Shown in pieces: positions 49,405 through 62,100 of a DNA stretch of 64,000 bases (within the stretch, counting starts at the first letter, position 1; the number at the start of each line of letters is the position of its first letter). The translations under genes were made by a program, and so were the position numbers. Below the pieces are notes generated by a model. That model made no database searches. It was not told where the DNA came from and saw only the letters and a list, made by a program, of their open reading frames with translations. This DNA is from Blasia pusilla (lineage: Eukaryota), in the NCBI GenBank assembly GCA_050084515.1, contig CM114271.1, positions 3,596,001 to 3,660,000 on the forward strand, read 5' to 3'.

Positions 49405-51919
49405 ATGGGAATCATGATGTTGCAGAGCCGGATGTCGGGGATTGTGGCGGTTAACCGAGGCGTCGCAGCTTCTATCAAGGGATGCGGCATCCGCCCTCTA
49501 GCGATCGCCAAACCAGTCACCGGATCTCGCCGATCTTGTCACTTGCAATTGAAGTCGGATGGTTTAGTGAAACCATTGGCGCTCACCGATTTGTCGCAAA
49601 AATCCCACTTATCTGGTCGATCTCTTGGTTTGGATTTCCCCCTACGTTTGGGCAGGGAGTCTAGGAAATCTGGATTGAAGGTTGAAGCCAAGGCTTATGA
49701 GGCTGCTGGAAATGCCGAACCGGGCAGTACAGGTGGAGCTGATAGCGCGGAAGTGGCGAAAGCGTCAGCGCAGAGGTTGAAGATAGGGGTCTACTTTGTC
49801 ACATGGTGGACTCTAAACGTGATTTTTAACATATATAACAAGAAGGTGCTGAATGTCTTCCCGTTCCCTTGGCTGACATCCACATTATCGCTGGCAGCTG
49901 GTGTGCTGATCATGGGGGTCTCATGGATCACAGGGCTGGCTGAAAAGCCTGATGTTGATCTCGACTTCTGGAAGGCCTTAGCACCGGTATGCGCTCTTTG
50001 CCTCGCCATGCTTGAGTTTGCATCCTGCCCGTCTGCTTGTCGCCTGCAATCGCGAGAACTTTTGTTTGGATTATTGACTTTCTTTGTAGAAGTCATGATT
50101 GTGGGGCAATGATTACCCTCCTACAGCGAAAGGTAGAGTAAGAAAGGTGCAATATACAGTGGTGGCTCCACTTCTTGATGCTCCTTGCTCATGAGCATGG
50201 GACTGAACTTTCTCAATTGCTTCTATTTGCTCCTGTAACACCGTTGCCTTCGAACCTCAACATCATTCTGTGGAGTCGTGGGTGCGATGACCATGGGGGG
50301 AAGGGTATCATATGGACCTTGTTTATTTCTGTCGTAATCATCTGTTGGGTTTGAGATATAGAGGGACTTGTCTCGGATCAAAACAGCCGAGTTTATGGTA
50401 GGATTGTCCCATGTAAATCAATGCATTCTTATTGGGCGGTCACTTGCTTAATGCAGGTAGCTCTTGCTCACACAATCGGCCATGTTGCAGCCACTGTCAG
50501 CATGTCCAAGGTAGCAGTTTCGTTCACTCACATCATTAAGAGTTCGGAGCCTGCTTTCAGTGTCATTGTCTCGCGTTTGCTCTTCGGCCAAAGTTACTCC
50601 TCCTCCGTGTACTTTTCTCTCTTACCCATCATTGGAGGTTGTGCCTTGGCGGCAGCAACAGAGCTCAACTTCAACATGACGGGTAACTGACACTCTTACA
50701 ATCTTGTTACTGTAACCAGTAGCCTTTTTATTTCTATCTTCCAGATCTGTATACCGGGTAAGTTAAATTGTGCCATGGGGCCACTGCATTGGCAGACAAT
50801 AGAAGGCAGATTGAAGGGTCCTATTCGCTTCCATTTCACGTGCCGAAAAGGAAATCAATGATCAAGGAATTTGCCGTATTTTTTCTATGACTGAAAGTTT
50901 GGTTAGTCACTTCACCGCCCAGTACTGCAGTCAAGAAGTAGGCAGGCTATATAGAGACGAAGGTTGGTGGGAACGGATGTTGCCTTTCGGTCCATGCTTT
51001 AATGTGAGCCTAACCTTCATGACATTGCCTTCGCAGGATTCGTGGGTGCCATGATCTCCAACATTGCTTTCGTTTTCAGAAACATATTTTCCAAGAAAGG
51101 AATGGTTGGAAAGTCGGTTGGAGGCATGAACTACTATGCATGTCTGAGTGTTCTGTCCCTCATCTTCCTTACACCTTTTGCCTTCATCATGGAAGGGCCA
51201 AAGATGTGGGCCCTAGGATGGGATACTGCCACAACCACCATTGGCCCACAGGTGTTCTGGTAAGTGTGGTTGGTTTCAGATTGCATTTGTATAACCCTTT
51301 CACATTTCTACCGCTATGATCCACATTACCTGAAACCTGTTTAATTGTAGTATTCTGCAGTGAATGTTACAGACTGGAATTTGGTGTGCCCACAGTCCTG
51401 CCTTGTTAGAGTTCATGATGATTTGTATGACTGTCTTTTGGATAAGAGAAATACTTCTGATCTAGCTGGGCTAATACTGTTTACTTTGATATACAGGTGG
51501 GTTGTTGCCCAGAGTGTCTTCTACCATTTATACAACCAGGTTTCCTACATGTCATTGAATGAAATTACACCTCTGACATTCAGCATCGGTAACACGATGA
51601 AGAGGGTCAGTGTCATTGTTGCATCAATCATTATCTTCCGAACACAATTGCGACCCGTCAATGCCGTTGGTGCATCTATTGCCATTCTTGGAACATTTTT
51701 GTATTCTCAGGTATGAGCTTGTCCTGAACACCATCATTTATTGCAGAAATAATACGTTGCAGATTCCTTTCATTAGAGGGTAGTGGAACTAAAGTTGTGA
51801 TATGGTGTACATATAATATGTCAGCTTGTTGAGTTTCTTGCAGGTCTTCTGCGGACAAAGTGTTTCTTGCTTGGTTAGCTGACTTTTTGATCTGTTCAAT
51901 TATGCAGGCTAAACAGTAA
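49405..51919 (+). CDS. GPT: Plastid glucose-6-phosphate/phosphate translocator, 5 coding exons, 418 aa
   Basis: Exons 49405-49986, 50457-50682, 51037-51259, 51497-51710, 51908-51919 (1257 nt). Ser/Arg-rich transit peptide; LKIGVYFVTWWTLNVIFNIYNKKVLN, VSMSKVAVSFTHIIKS, GMNYYACLS, TFSIGNTMKR; ends YSQAKQ*. The start could be one of the nearby downstream ATGs. Confidence 0.95.
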
Positions 51920-54900
51920 AAGATATTGAGGAAAAAGCTAGCAGACTTATGGACTCAAATTCAAAGCGATCATCGGCCACTCCCTCTTCCCGATGACTCT
52001 GCATCTATCTTGCTGTTGCAGCATTCTTCCTACTGCCGAGAAGATGTGCAGGAGCTTTGAGCTTTTAGCACGATCTTATTGAAAGACGAATGCCTTTACT
52101 TTCACTTCCCATGCAAAGACGTTTCATTGTTTTCCTCTCTTGCCACTTTAGATAGTGAGAAAGCAGATTCACCCCTGGTTTGTACCCAGAGGATCTTTGC
52201 GTCCTTCTGTCATGAAAGCCATCGAACTACCTGCACTAAGTCGGACTGTTGTGCATATCTGGAAAGGGAATTGGACGCCGTTGCTACTCTTGTAACATTT
52301 TGCAGTGTAGAATGATGTCGTCAGTAGCTGCAATACTGTTAACCATCGTTTTCGGAATTATTCTTTGACCGTAATTGATGAGATCATTTGACTGACGAGT
52401 GACAGCTTGATGATCATGTACCATGTGAAATTATTATAATTTTGTAGTGGGGGGTTTAGGGGGGGAAGTAGATGGGAGTTGCTAGGGCGGACATTATGTT
52501 CCTCTGGAAGACCGGAGCTTGGTTGTTACCCATTAAATATATTGACAGCTCTGGAGCTTCCGGCCCCAGTGACCTCCCGTGGACCTGTCAACGTTACGTG
52601 CTTTGTGCGTCATCATGTGCCCTTGAATTCAGAAAAAGGATCAAAAGCGTCCATACGTCCATATTCCCCCTCTTGTTTGGTGTTTGGAATTTGTCCGTGA
52701 CTTGTTTGTAGCGTCTGCCCAGTGAGACAAAAGCTTCCAGTGTCTAATAGCCCACGTCCAAACGTGCAAATTCCCTCTCCTGTTTGGTTTTTGGAATTCG
52801 TTGTGGATTTGTTTCTAGTGGTTGCCCAGTTAGACAAAAGCTTCCAGCGTCTAATGGCCCTCTGCGCATCATGCGTCACTCATGTGAATGTGGGCCACGA
52901 GATGACGATCCGAGCGATACGCTCTCTCACTCACGTGTGCAGCTTTGATCACCCACTGCGAAGGTTCTGCCCCCGTGAAAGCTGCCACCTTCAATTCTGC
53001 GGTTTCGTTTTCATCTCAGCCCCATGTGTCACTCGATGCCGCGAAACCGGTCAGCGATCGCATACACAACCAGCGACTGTCGCGATCGGGTCCCGCCGAG
53101 TTAATACTCATTCGCCGATGGCGAAAGCTTCTAGTTTACAACTCCTTAGACTCACGTACTCTAGTTGCATGAACGCTGCGCAGCCGTCCGTCCGCCGTCA
53201 CGGCGGAGCACTCCCGTCGGCCGGACTCTTGTATAGGGTCATCTGGCAAGACCCCCCCGGCCTACGAAGCTTTTATGTATCTAAACGTCAGGAACTGACC
53301 GGAGACAGTGGCTACCGACTCTCTCCTAAATATCGTGCTGCATTTCCACTATTCCAGTGTTATTTCCAGTCTTCCTAATTTATTCCAATACAAATGTTAC
53401 TCATAAGGTGTCTATGCCATTATCGTGTAATCCGGAAAGAAAGAGATATTATGTATGTTTTTTAGTAGCACGTCAAATATTTTCTTGCTATCATCGACAT
53501 GTTCGCGAATAAGAAGAACTTACTGTAAAAAAGAGTCGGGGAAAATAACATTCTTTTGTGATATCTCGGAAACTATTAAACATGTGTTTACTAGCCCGTC
53601 TCAGATTGCGCTCCATGGTGTGGAACATCCGTGTGTACTAATTTCTTAGAGTTATCCGCAGCTTCCTGCTAGATCCTCGAACCCTGCCCAACTCCAGAGT
53701 ATTTAACTCGGAGGGAGTCACAATTGAAAAAGACCCCATGTTGGAAAGCACGTTCATATTTGCACACTTTTTGAAAGAGCCTTAAACCTCTATGAAAGTA
53801 GAAGGGAACGAGAGCCCTAGCACACTCTTGTTTGTCTAATCTTTTCCATATTCCAATTCCATAGAAGCACACTCTCGTTTGTCTAATCTATTCGAATTCC
53901 ATAGTAAACCCACAAACTAGACTACTTTGTTCATTCAAGATTTATTCAATGATTTTTTCAGATTATATTTTTTCATAATATGATAGGTAACAATTTGTAA
54001 ATTCTTTGGTGCTATCTGTTGTATACAATCATCTGTAAATCATTACACGACGTACATCTTTGTGTAGTACAACATATCTCAAGGGTTCACAATGCTCACC
54101 AACACACCATGGGACCCCGCACCCATGTCCACAACATGTGCTCTTATCATATAGCTATTTGTAGGAGGTATAAACCTCCTGGTGTCTTATGATTTTGAAA
54201 CGGACTCTGCAATGACTCGGAATTCAGTACTTCCAATCCTAAAGTAGCAATCCAACCAAGCATTTGATTATGAGATTGTGCTCTAGAGTCCATTAACACA
54301 CACTTTAGATAATATACAATACTAGAAGGTAATAGCAAACAAAACACTCCCCTAGATTTGCATCATGTCTCACCAATGCATCAATTCTAGCTAATGTTGG
54401 AAAATGCATCATCATCACATCAACCATATGCCGCTCTACTCACATTACAAAGGCTCAAAGGCTACTTTCAATTGCGTCGTCTCTATTTCCTTACGGTTGG
54501 TGGTGGAACTCCACCGCCACCACTTGTCGTTTCTCACAAACCATATCCCGCTATATGTCAAATCACCACTACTAGTTCTTACGTCGCCATAACCTTTAAA
54601 AATTTTAGAGAATACACAATCACTAGTAGCAACTACATGCTCCTAATACTCACACACAACCACTCATCAATACATAGCAAAATCCTATACCTTGTGGACC
54701 ATTCTATGATGAAAATCAATTGGGAAACACACAATTGTATGAATCATGGAAGTGCCTGAACCAAAAACTACCCCTTATGTGAGGGAATCCATGCACCACT
54801 AATACCACCTTGCCCTAGCTTGTGAGCAGATGACCATTGATATTTTCGATAGGAAAGACTAAGCTTGTTGCTTGTAGAAACATACATAGCATGGTAGAGG

Positions 54901-54934
54901 GAATTGCCCTTTTTTAAAGCACGAAAGTGAGAAA

Positions 54935-55193
54935 TCTATATTATTATTGGAGAGCGCCTCTTTGATTTTCAACCAACTCTCCTTTGGACATGTGATATTT
55001 TTAACCAAGCATGTCTTGATAGGTGTGTTTGGCTAATTTAGAGTCAATTTTTGAGAGCTCAATTTAGCAACCGTGAGTGTCTATTCAAGGTAAGTTGGGG
55101 TACGTCATTGCACTGTAAGTGGCTAATGATGGGTAATTCAAACTTCCCATAGTTAGCCTAGAGTACCTACTAGTACACGGGCCACAAGGCTAA
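54935..55193 (+). mobile_element. Short non-autonomous Helitron (copy 3)
   Basis: A|TCTATATTATTATTGGAG start; ends CACGGGCCACAAGG-CTAA|T. Confidence 0.6.
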
Positions 55194-56527
55194 TATATAT
55201 TGTATGAGAAAAGCCATCCACTTACTTGTTTTGAGTAGCATTGATGGATAGCTTGGTGTAAAAGGTATTTACATTCTACTCCGAGATGCTCCAAGTCTTG
55301 GATGTTAAGAGGTAAGTTGTCACTCAACAAGCTCTGAATAGAGTTATTGGAGAGCTTGCAAAACAGTGAGCATGGGAAAGAGAATATTACCTATAATCTC
55401 ATTTTCTAGTAGCGCATATTTGATAGATATCATGTGGATTAAGAATATTTACCGATATTTTATATGGCTGAATTTTGTTCGGGCCCAATTTTCAAATTCT
55501 TGTATGCCCAATCTTCAATTAGAACCCCAAAACAGATACATCTTATGAGGGGGGCATCTTGTAGCGATTGACATCTTTTAAACATCATCGAGCCCATTAG
55601 ATGCCACTCAACCCGATCGTGTTGCATTTAAACTCGCAACCACCAAGGTACACCTATTTATCTCACAAATTTTTTTTCTTAACTTTCTAAAACCTGAATT
55701 TTTACAAAGACACTAGCTTCTCCATATCAATATCTCATTCAACAATTTTTGCGCCCATTCAAAAATCATGGGATTTACAAGATGACCTTACAAAGAATAC
55801 CCATTCCTAATGTCCATCTCAAACAACTCCTCCAAATATTTGTTGCTCGCTAGGACCCATAGACAAAATCCATACTGTTAAGGGAGGATGACTTCTTCAT
55901 TTTCAAACACTACATGGACCCTAAAAACATGGGTGGCATATTTTCTTTTTCCAAACCAATAAAACATGGTTATCCGTCTATTTCATATAGGTTGGACACT
56001 AGTGCACTAAAAGTCGCCACCTTTTCTTGCCAAAGAGGACCTATGAGGGTAGATCCCATGAATGTAACGTCCTCTTAACCCAAGGGCTTCACTAAATTTT
56101 CTGCCCCCAAAAGTTTTGGGCACAAGAAATGTCCAACGTCCTAGCAACCCTCATAGCCTGAAAATCCAGTTATACAACAACTTCTGCCATGAACATTGGT
56201 ATACTAAAAGGACTTGAATTTGCCACCTTATTTTTCCAAGAGGACCTAGTAAGGATACCATCTCATGGACATACCATCCTTGCAACTCGGGGTGTCGCTA
56301 AGTTTCACGGACTCAAAATTTTTGGGCAACAAATATGCGTAACATCATGACAACCCTCTTAATTGGAATATCAAATAAATTGAATTCTTTTGCCATTCGT
56401 ATCAAAAACTCGATCTCGACTGGCTATGTAGTCCGTCGATAAAATGAACTCTAATGTTATCGATATGAAAAATTTGGTCTGGACAAACCATGACATCCAA
56501 CCATAGACCCTTAAATTGCCCTATTGA

Positions 56528-59168
56528 CCGATTTTTTGTGTGAAAGAGTGGCACGCAGAAGCGCTGTCCAATTTTCGATAGGAATTGAGTATGGGGGTGG
56601 ATTGCTCCATGCTGGTGCTCTTGGGAGCACCATGTAGCTTGCTGATTTGTGTTCTCACAGGTTTTATATTTTCGTTGGAAAAAATCAGCGCGGAAGCGCT
56701 GCAAAATTTTGTGTAGGAGAAAGAGACATTGGGATTTACAACAATCCCTGTCAGTTTTTACTTGAATCTTTGATTCAAAATATTTTTGACTCTGTTGTAG
56801 ATCGTAAAGCTGTACACGCTGTGCATTAAACAGTGCACAATTTGGAGTTGCGAGCAAAAATTTATGGTCAATCTTGCAAAACTGCCATTGCTAGGCAATT
56901 TTTAGGGTTAAATTGTTCAAACCCTAAACCAGCTGCTGCCTCGACGGCGGCCGCCACCGCCTAGCGCTACTTCAAGCCGCGTCCAGCCTTTTTCCATCCT
57001 TGGTTGCCATTGCAGCCATTACAAAGTGGAGGGTCTTCCACGACCACCGTTGATTCTCTAACTTGCGCCGCCACCACCTACTTTGGTTTGGCGGCCACCG
57101 TCATTGCAGTTTCGCCATCAACCAATGATGGCAGGTGACCTCGGGTTATGGTGTTTGAGTTTTCATTTCATGTTGCTATGTTTTGATTGGTAGCCGCTCG
57201 ACGACGATCGAGAACCGTGCCGTGACGCCCGTAGCCGCAACGCGCCGCCGAATGTCGCGTCGTGTCGTTCATGGCCGCACCGTCTCGATCGCAGAGCCGC
57301 TCCTTCACTAAGGAGCATAGCTGATTAGTGAAGGAGCTGATGGAGGAGAGTATGCCGCCAAGTTCTGCACCCCATTCTTGAGTGTCGTGTCATTTGTAGC
57401 CCTTCCGTGCCGCTAGTGCCGCATCGGACCGCCGAACGTGCACCGCACATCGATGAGCAGCGTCAGTACGAGAGGAGTACAACTTGCTCATTGGAGGAGT
57501 TGTCTTCACAATCGAGTTGGGGTTGAGATTTGCAGTTGCTGAGTACCAACATTGACATTATTGTCAGGTTACCCATTCTGGTCCCTTACCTTGCACGTGT
57601 GAGGAATTTCCGAATATTGGGAAGTTATTTGGGATATTATTTCGTGCTAACGCTCTGAATGATGTATGGGTTTAGGGGACATAGACCTATGTGGGATGTC
57701 CAGAGTTGAGGATGGTTTGTCGATGAGACGATTGATCAGTTGATTTGCCGGACCCTGCCTAGCGTGCCCCTACTCTCCTTGAACGTTAATCTTGTTGTTG
57801 CGGAAGCGTGCATTCAGTAGGTCACGCTCTCAACGCTGATCTGCATCCAAACACGGACTCTAGTTAGTCGGGTCTTGGATCAATCAGCGGGCTAACTTTC
57901 CGAGTTCTCGTCTCGGTCTCTCATCAAGCTCAACCTTCCTTGTTTTGCGGTTTACAACACGGGCAAGTCTTGAAAGACTTGGGATAGACTTTCTGGTCGG
58001 TTTAGGAATCTCAAATGGCGTTTTGCGCTTGGCAGTTCCAACTCTCCGATGGACATCCAATGAGTCCCTAATTGAGACTCGCACAAAGTGAATCTCGGGT
58101 TGGAATCCAAGTGTGGCGTACAAAGTCCACTCCCTTGGATCACGTTTGGGTTTCGAGTTCCAACGCCAAACTCCTGTTCCATCCCGTGCCTATGAGACGC
58201 CGTTTGGTGCTCCAAGTGGGGATTCGTGTTCCAAGACATCTTGGAGAGACTCCTACCTTACTAGTACTTATGGGGATCTCCGGGGTTCCCTACATTAAGG
58301 GAAAGACACCCGGGCCTCTCCAATTGGCCCTCAACCCGATTGCTCTCGCAGCCGTTTACGGCCAATATCTCAGTATGTACTTATGCGTTTGCTAAGATCT
58401 TTGGTGCGTTGGAAGCGTCTCAAGATAAGATTTCCAACGCGCTCTTACTTGTCTTGAATGCATCTTGGGGCTAAACTTTATGGTCCAAAATACTATCAAA
58501 TTCCCCAAACACTAGTCGTGTTCCAAAACTTGTTCTCACCTCTTTAGCAACCAATCTTCCAAGACTCAACTCATCTCAAGTCTTGGCTCGCATTTGGTCT
58601 AGGTTTCCTGGTCGCAACCACTAATGCATGAAACGCACAACTCTGTTTTGCGTTTCGTCTCTTGGACTTTTCCAAGAGATCTTTCCAAACGCCTCTCCAA
58701 AGCGCGAACATCCACTTGAGTTATGATGTTCCGCTTGGCGCCTATTTGGTGGTGTTTGGTTATGAGGGTCGCGACAGTGCCGCTTGTTGTCGCACAGTAC
58801 ACGCCTCAGTGAGAGAGTGTAGATTGAGTGCCGCATGTTTAGTTTTAGTGATTGAGGGATTACTTGCGAGATTGATAGTGATCGTGTGAGAGGGGCACGA
58901 GGGCCATCATGGCGTGCTTCCGGAATTCTAAGAGGCGAGGTAGTGGACCTGAGAGTAGCTCTGGAGGGTTCACCCAGAGTGGTGCGAGGTTTCGAGGGTC
59001 TCCACGTGAGAGACCTCCTCGATCTCCTTCTATGTCATCTTCACACGAGGGGGAGCGTGTAGAGGAGTGTGTTAGTGATCCACCGTACATATTGAGTGGT
59101 CCTACCAGTTGGGCGTATGAGATGGACGACCGGGATAGAGGACAGCGTAGGTTTTCGGGTGTTATAGG
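56528..59168 (+). mobile_element. Second copy of the Gypsy-type family seen at 9401-16870 (5' region and start of gag)
   Basis: Collinear homology to 10066-10265 and 15040-16000. The gag start MDDRDRG (59122) is cut by the Copia insertion at 59169. Confidence 0.8.
57760..58776 (-). repeat. Solo LTR of the chromovirus family
   Basis: Aligns end to end with 4533-5531; flanked by CTGCC/GTGCC (5-bp TSD, 1 mismatch). The empty site is visible at ~15598-15630. Confidence 0.88.
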
Positions 59169-62100
59169 TATTGAAGATTAAGTTATAATCAAGCTCATGA
59201 GACACTTAAACTGCTACATTTGGCACTCACACGAAGTAGGGAAGTTTAATCTTGGTTAGTCAATTAAGCACGATTATCTTAACTAGGGTTAGTTAATCAC
59301 AGTTAGGCTAACTCGAGACTATGGTTAAGGGTAGGGTTAGGCTTGCTTGTACATACCCTATATAATTGAGAAGAGGACCAGCCTCCACTCATTCTCTCAT
59401 TGCAAATTTCGTTCTTCATGGTGGTGTGTGTGTCTGTGAAATCCGTGTTCCATCAGTTATGTTTGTTTCACAGTTTTCCACATGATATCAGAGGGGGAGG
59501 AGAACATCACTTGAAATTCTTGGTGTTTGAAGAGAGAAGAGAGGCAAGAGAAAGCACAATTCCAGTTTGGGAGAAGGAAATTTTTGAGGGCTTTCCCAGT
59601 CGATTCAGCCTTCAGGGTCAGCTTTGACTAGAACAATGCCGTTATTGGTTCTAGCCGTCTTGTAGAGCTCGTTGAGAGCTTTCCAACGCACCCAAAATTT
59701 CTCGATTCTGACACTCTCAGCTTATGTAGCAGTAATTTCAGTGTAGGAAAGTGCAATTAGTGAAGAAAAGTTGTGTAGTTTGCTCTCTACAAGCCAATTT
59801 CGACTAGTTCTTTCATACATTTGATCAATTTTGGCAAATTTCAGGTCGATTTTTGTGAGGAATGGTCTATGCTCCAACTGGAGCAGTAGAAAGCTTGAAA
59901 TTATATTTTTTGTGAGTGAAATCATTTATCATGGAGTATTCCTCATCAGGAATCACATGCGAGAAGCTAGACAAGCAGAATTACAATGTCTGGAAGTTTC
60001 GCATGAAAATTTTTCTCATGGATCAATAACTATGGGAGCTTGTCACACGTGATGAGGCCAAGCCAGAAGGTAACTCAACAGACTTGAATGTTCACGCTTG
60101 GAACAAACGCGCAAGACAAGTAATCCACTACATATCAATAACGATCAATTCGACAATGATAGGTCACATCCAAGATGTTGATACTCCGAAGGAGACCTGG
60201 GATGCATTGGTAAAGTTGTTCCAGACATCTACAAAGGCCAGAAAGCTTCAATTGAAACAACAGTTGAACAAAGCGAGGAAAGGATCGTAGAGCATCAATG
60301 ATTATATTTTGAGTATCAGACATATTGTTGATCAGTTGAATAATATTGGAGTGACAGTAGAAGATGATGATATGATCTTATTCACTCTTCAAGGCCTTCC
60401 AAAGGATTACAAGTCCTTTGATACCTCTATCTCTGTGAGAGAGAAGTATCCAACCTTTCAAGAGTTAGTTCCTCTGTTGATCAGTGAAGAGATGCGCCTA
60501 GTAGGTAGCGATAGCTCGTCTAGTCGGCAAGAGAGTGCGCTATTTGCAGATTATGGATCAAATAGAGGCACGGATCGTGGTAGAAACTTCCGTGGTTGTG
60601 GTGGATATCAAGCATATGGAGGAAGAGACACTCAATATAATGTCACTCAATCAACTACGAATCAGTACCAAACACAATTACATGGTGATGATGGTGGAAA
60701 CCGTTGGGCTCTAGGTCAACAGTAGAGATCCCTGGATCTTGCAATTACTGTGGGATAAAGGGTCACTATGCAAAGTTTTGTTTCAAGAAGAAGGCAGATA
60801 TGAGAGCATGAGCATTACAACAACAAAACTATGTGGAGCAACAACACGGAGAGCAGTACCAAGAACAGCAACATTCACAAACGGAGCATCTTTTGGTCAT
60901 GACTCATCATATGGGAGCAATGGTCAAGAAAGACTCGACAGCAGATTGGTACATTGACTCCGGTGCATCAAATCACATGACCTCACAAGCAAAATGGTTT
61001 AGTAGTTTGGAGCCGGTGAAAGATCCTGCAATTGTGCTCACAGGAGATGACACTCAACATCATATCATACATACCGATAAAGTTCCAATGGCATGAGATG
61101 GTCTTTGTGCTCTTGGAAATGTTCTCTATGTTCCTACCTTTGCAAGAAATCTTATCTCTGTAGGACGATTGTAGAACAGGGTTATCAAGTGAAGTTTAAC
61201 GTAGATGGTTGTTTCATTGAAACAATGGATAACCAGACTACGATAGCCAAAGGAACTAGATCGGGCAAAATGTTCAAATTAGATGTTTCTATGCTAGAGA
61301 TTCAAACATCAATGTATGGTCAAACCGGCCAACAAGTCACAGATCTAAATGTGTGGCATAAAAGAATTGGACATATGAATCTTCAAAGATTACATAGTCT
61401 TTCATCATCTAATATAGTAATAGGACTCCCTAAATTAGCGAGTCCTGCTACGTTAGAGGTATGTCCTGCTTGCCAATTTGGAAAACAAACTAGATTTCCT
61501 TTTCCAAAGCAAGGTAGAAGAGCATCCAATATATTGGAGTTGATCCAGAGTGATGTATGGACAACATCTTAACATAGCCTTAGTGGTTTCCAGTACTTTG
61601 TTTCATTTATTGATGACTTCTCTATGTATATATGGATATACTTTTTGAAAGCCAAGTCAAAGGTATTCTCAGTGTTCCAAGCATTCACAGTTTTAGTAGA
61701 GAAGCAAACTCGACAACACATTCTGAAATTGCGTTGTGATGGAGGAGGAGAGTATCTTTCAACAGAGTTTGATGATTATTTACGTCAGAATGGCATCCAA
61801 CGTCAAGTGACTTGCCGTTACACTCCACAACAAATTGGAGTGGCTGAGAGGAAAAATCGACATATTGCTGAAGCGGCACGAGCTATGCTGAATGAGAAGA
61901 ACATGCATAAGATGTATTGGGCAGAGGCTGTAGCATGTGCAGCCTTCTTAATCAACCGAACTCCAATAGCAGGAGTTCATGATGGAACTCCATTCGAAAT
62001 CTTCACAAGAAGTAAACATGATTTTTCCTTCTTGAACGTATTTGGCTGTATCTCTTATGCTCATGTTCCTTCTGAGAGACATCAAAAATTAGACCCCAAG

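Noticed and set aside
52722-53378. 218-aa ORF downstream of GPT
   Set aside because: Non-ATG start, no recognisable motifs and no supporting exon structure.
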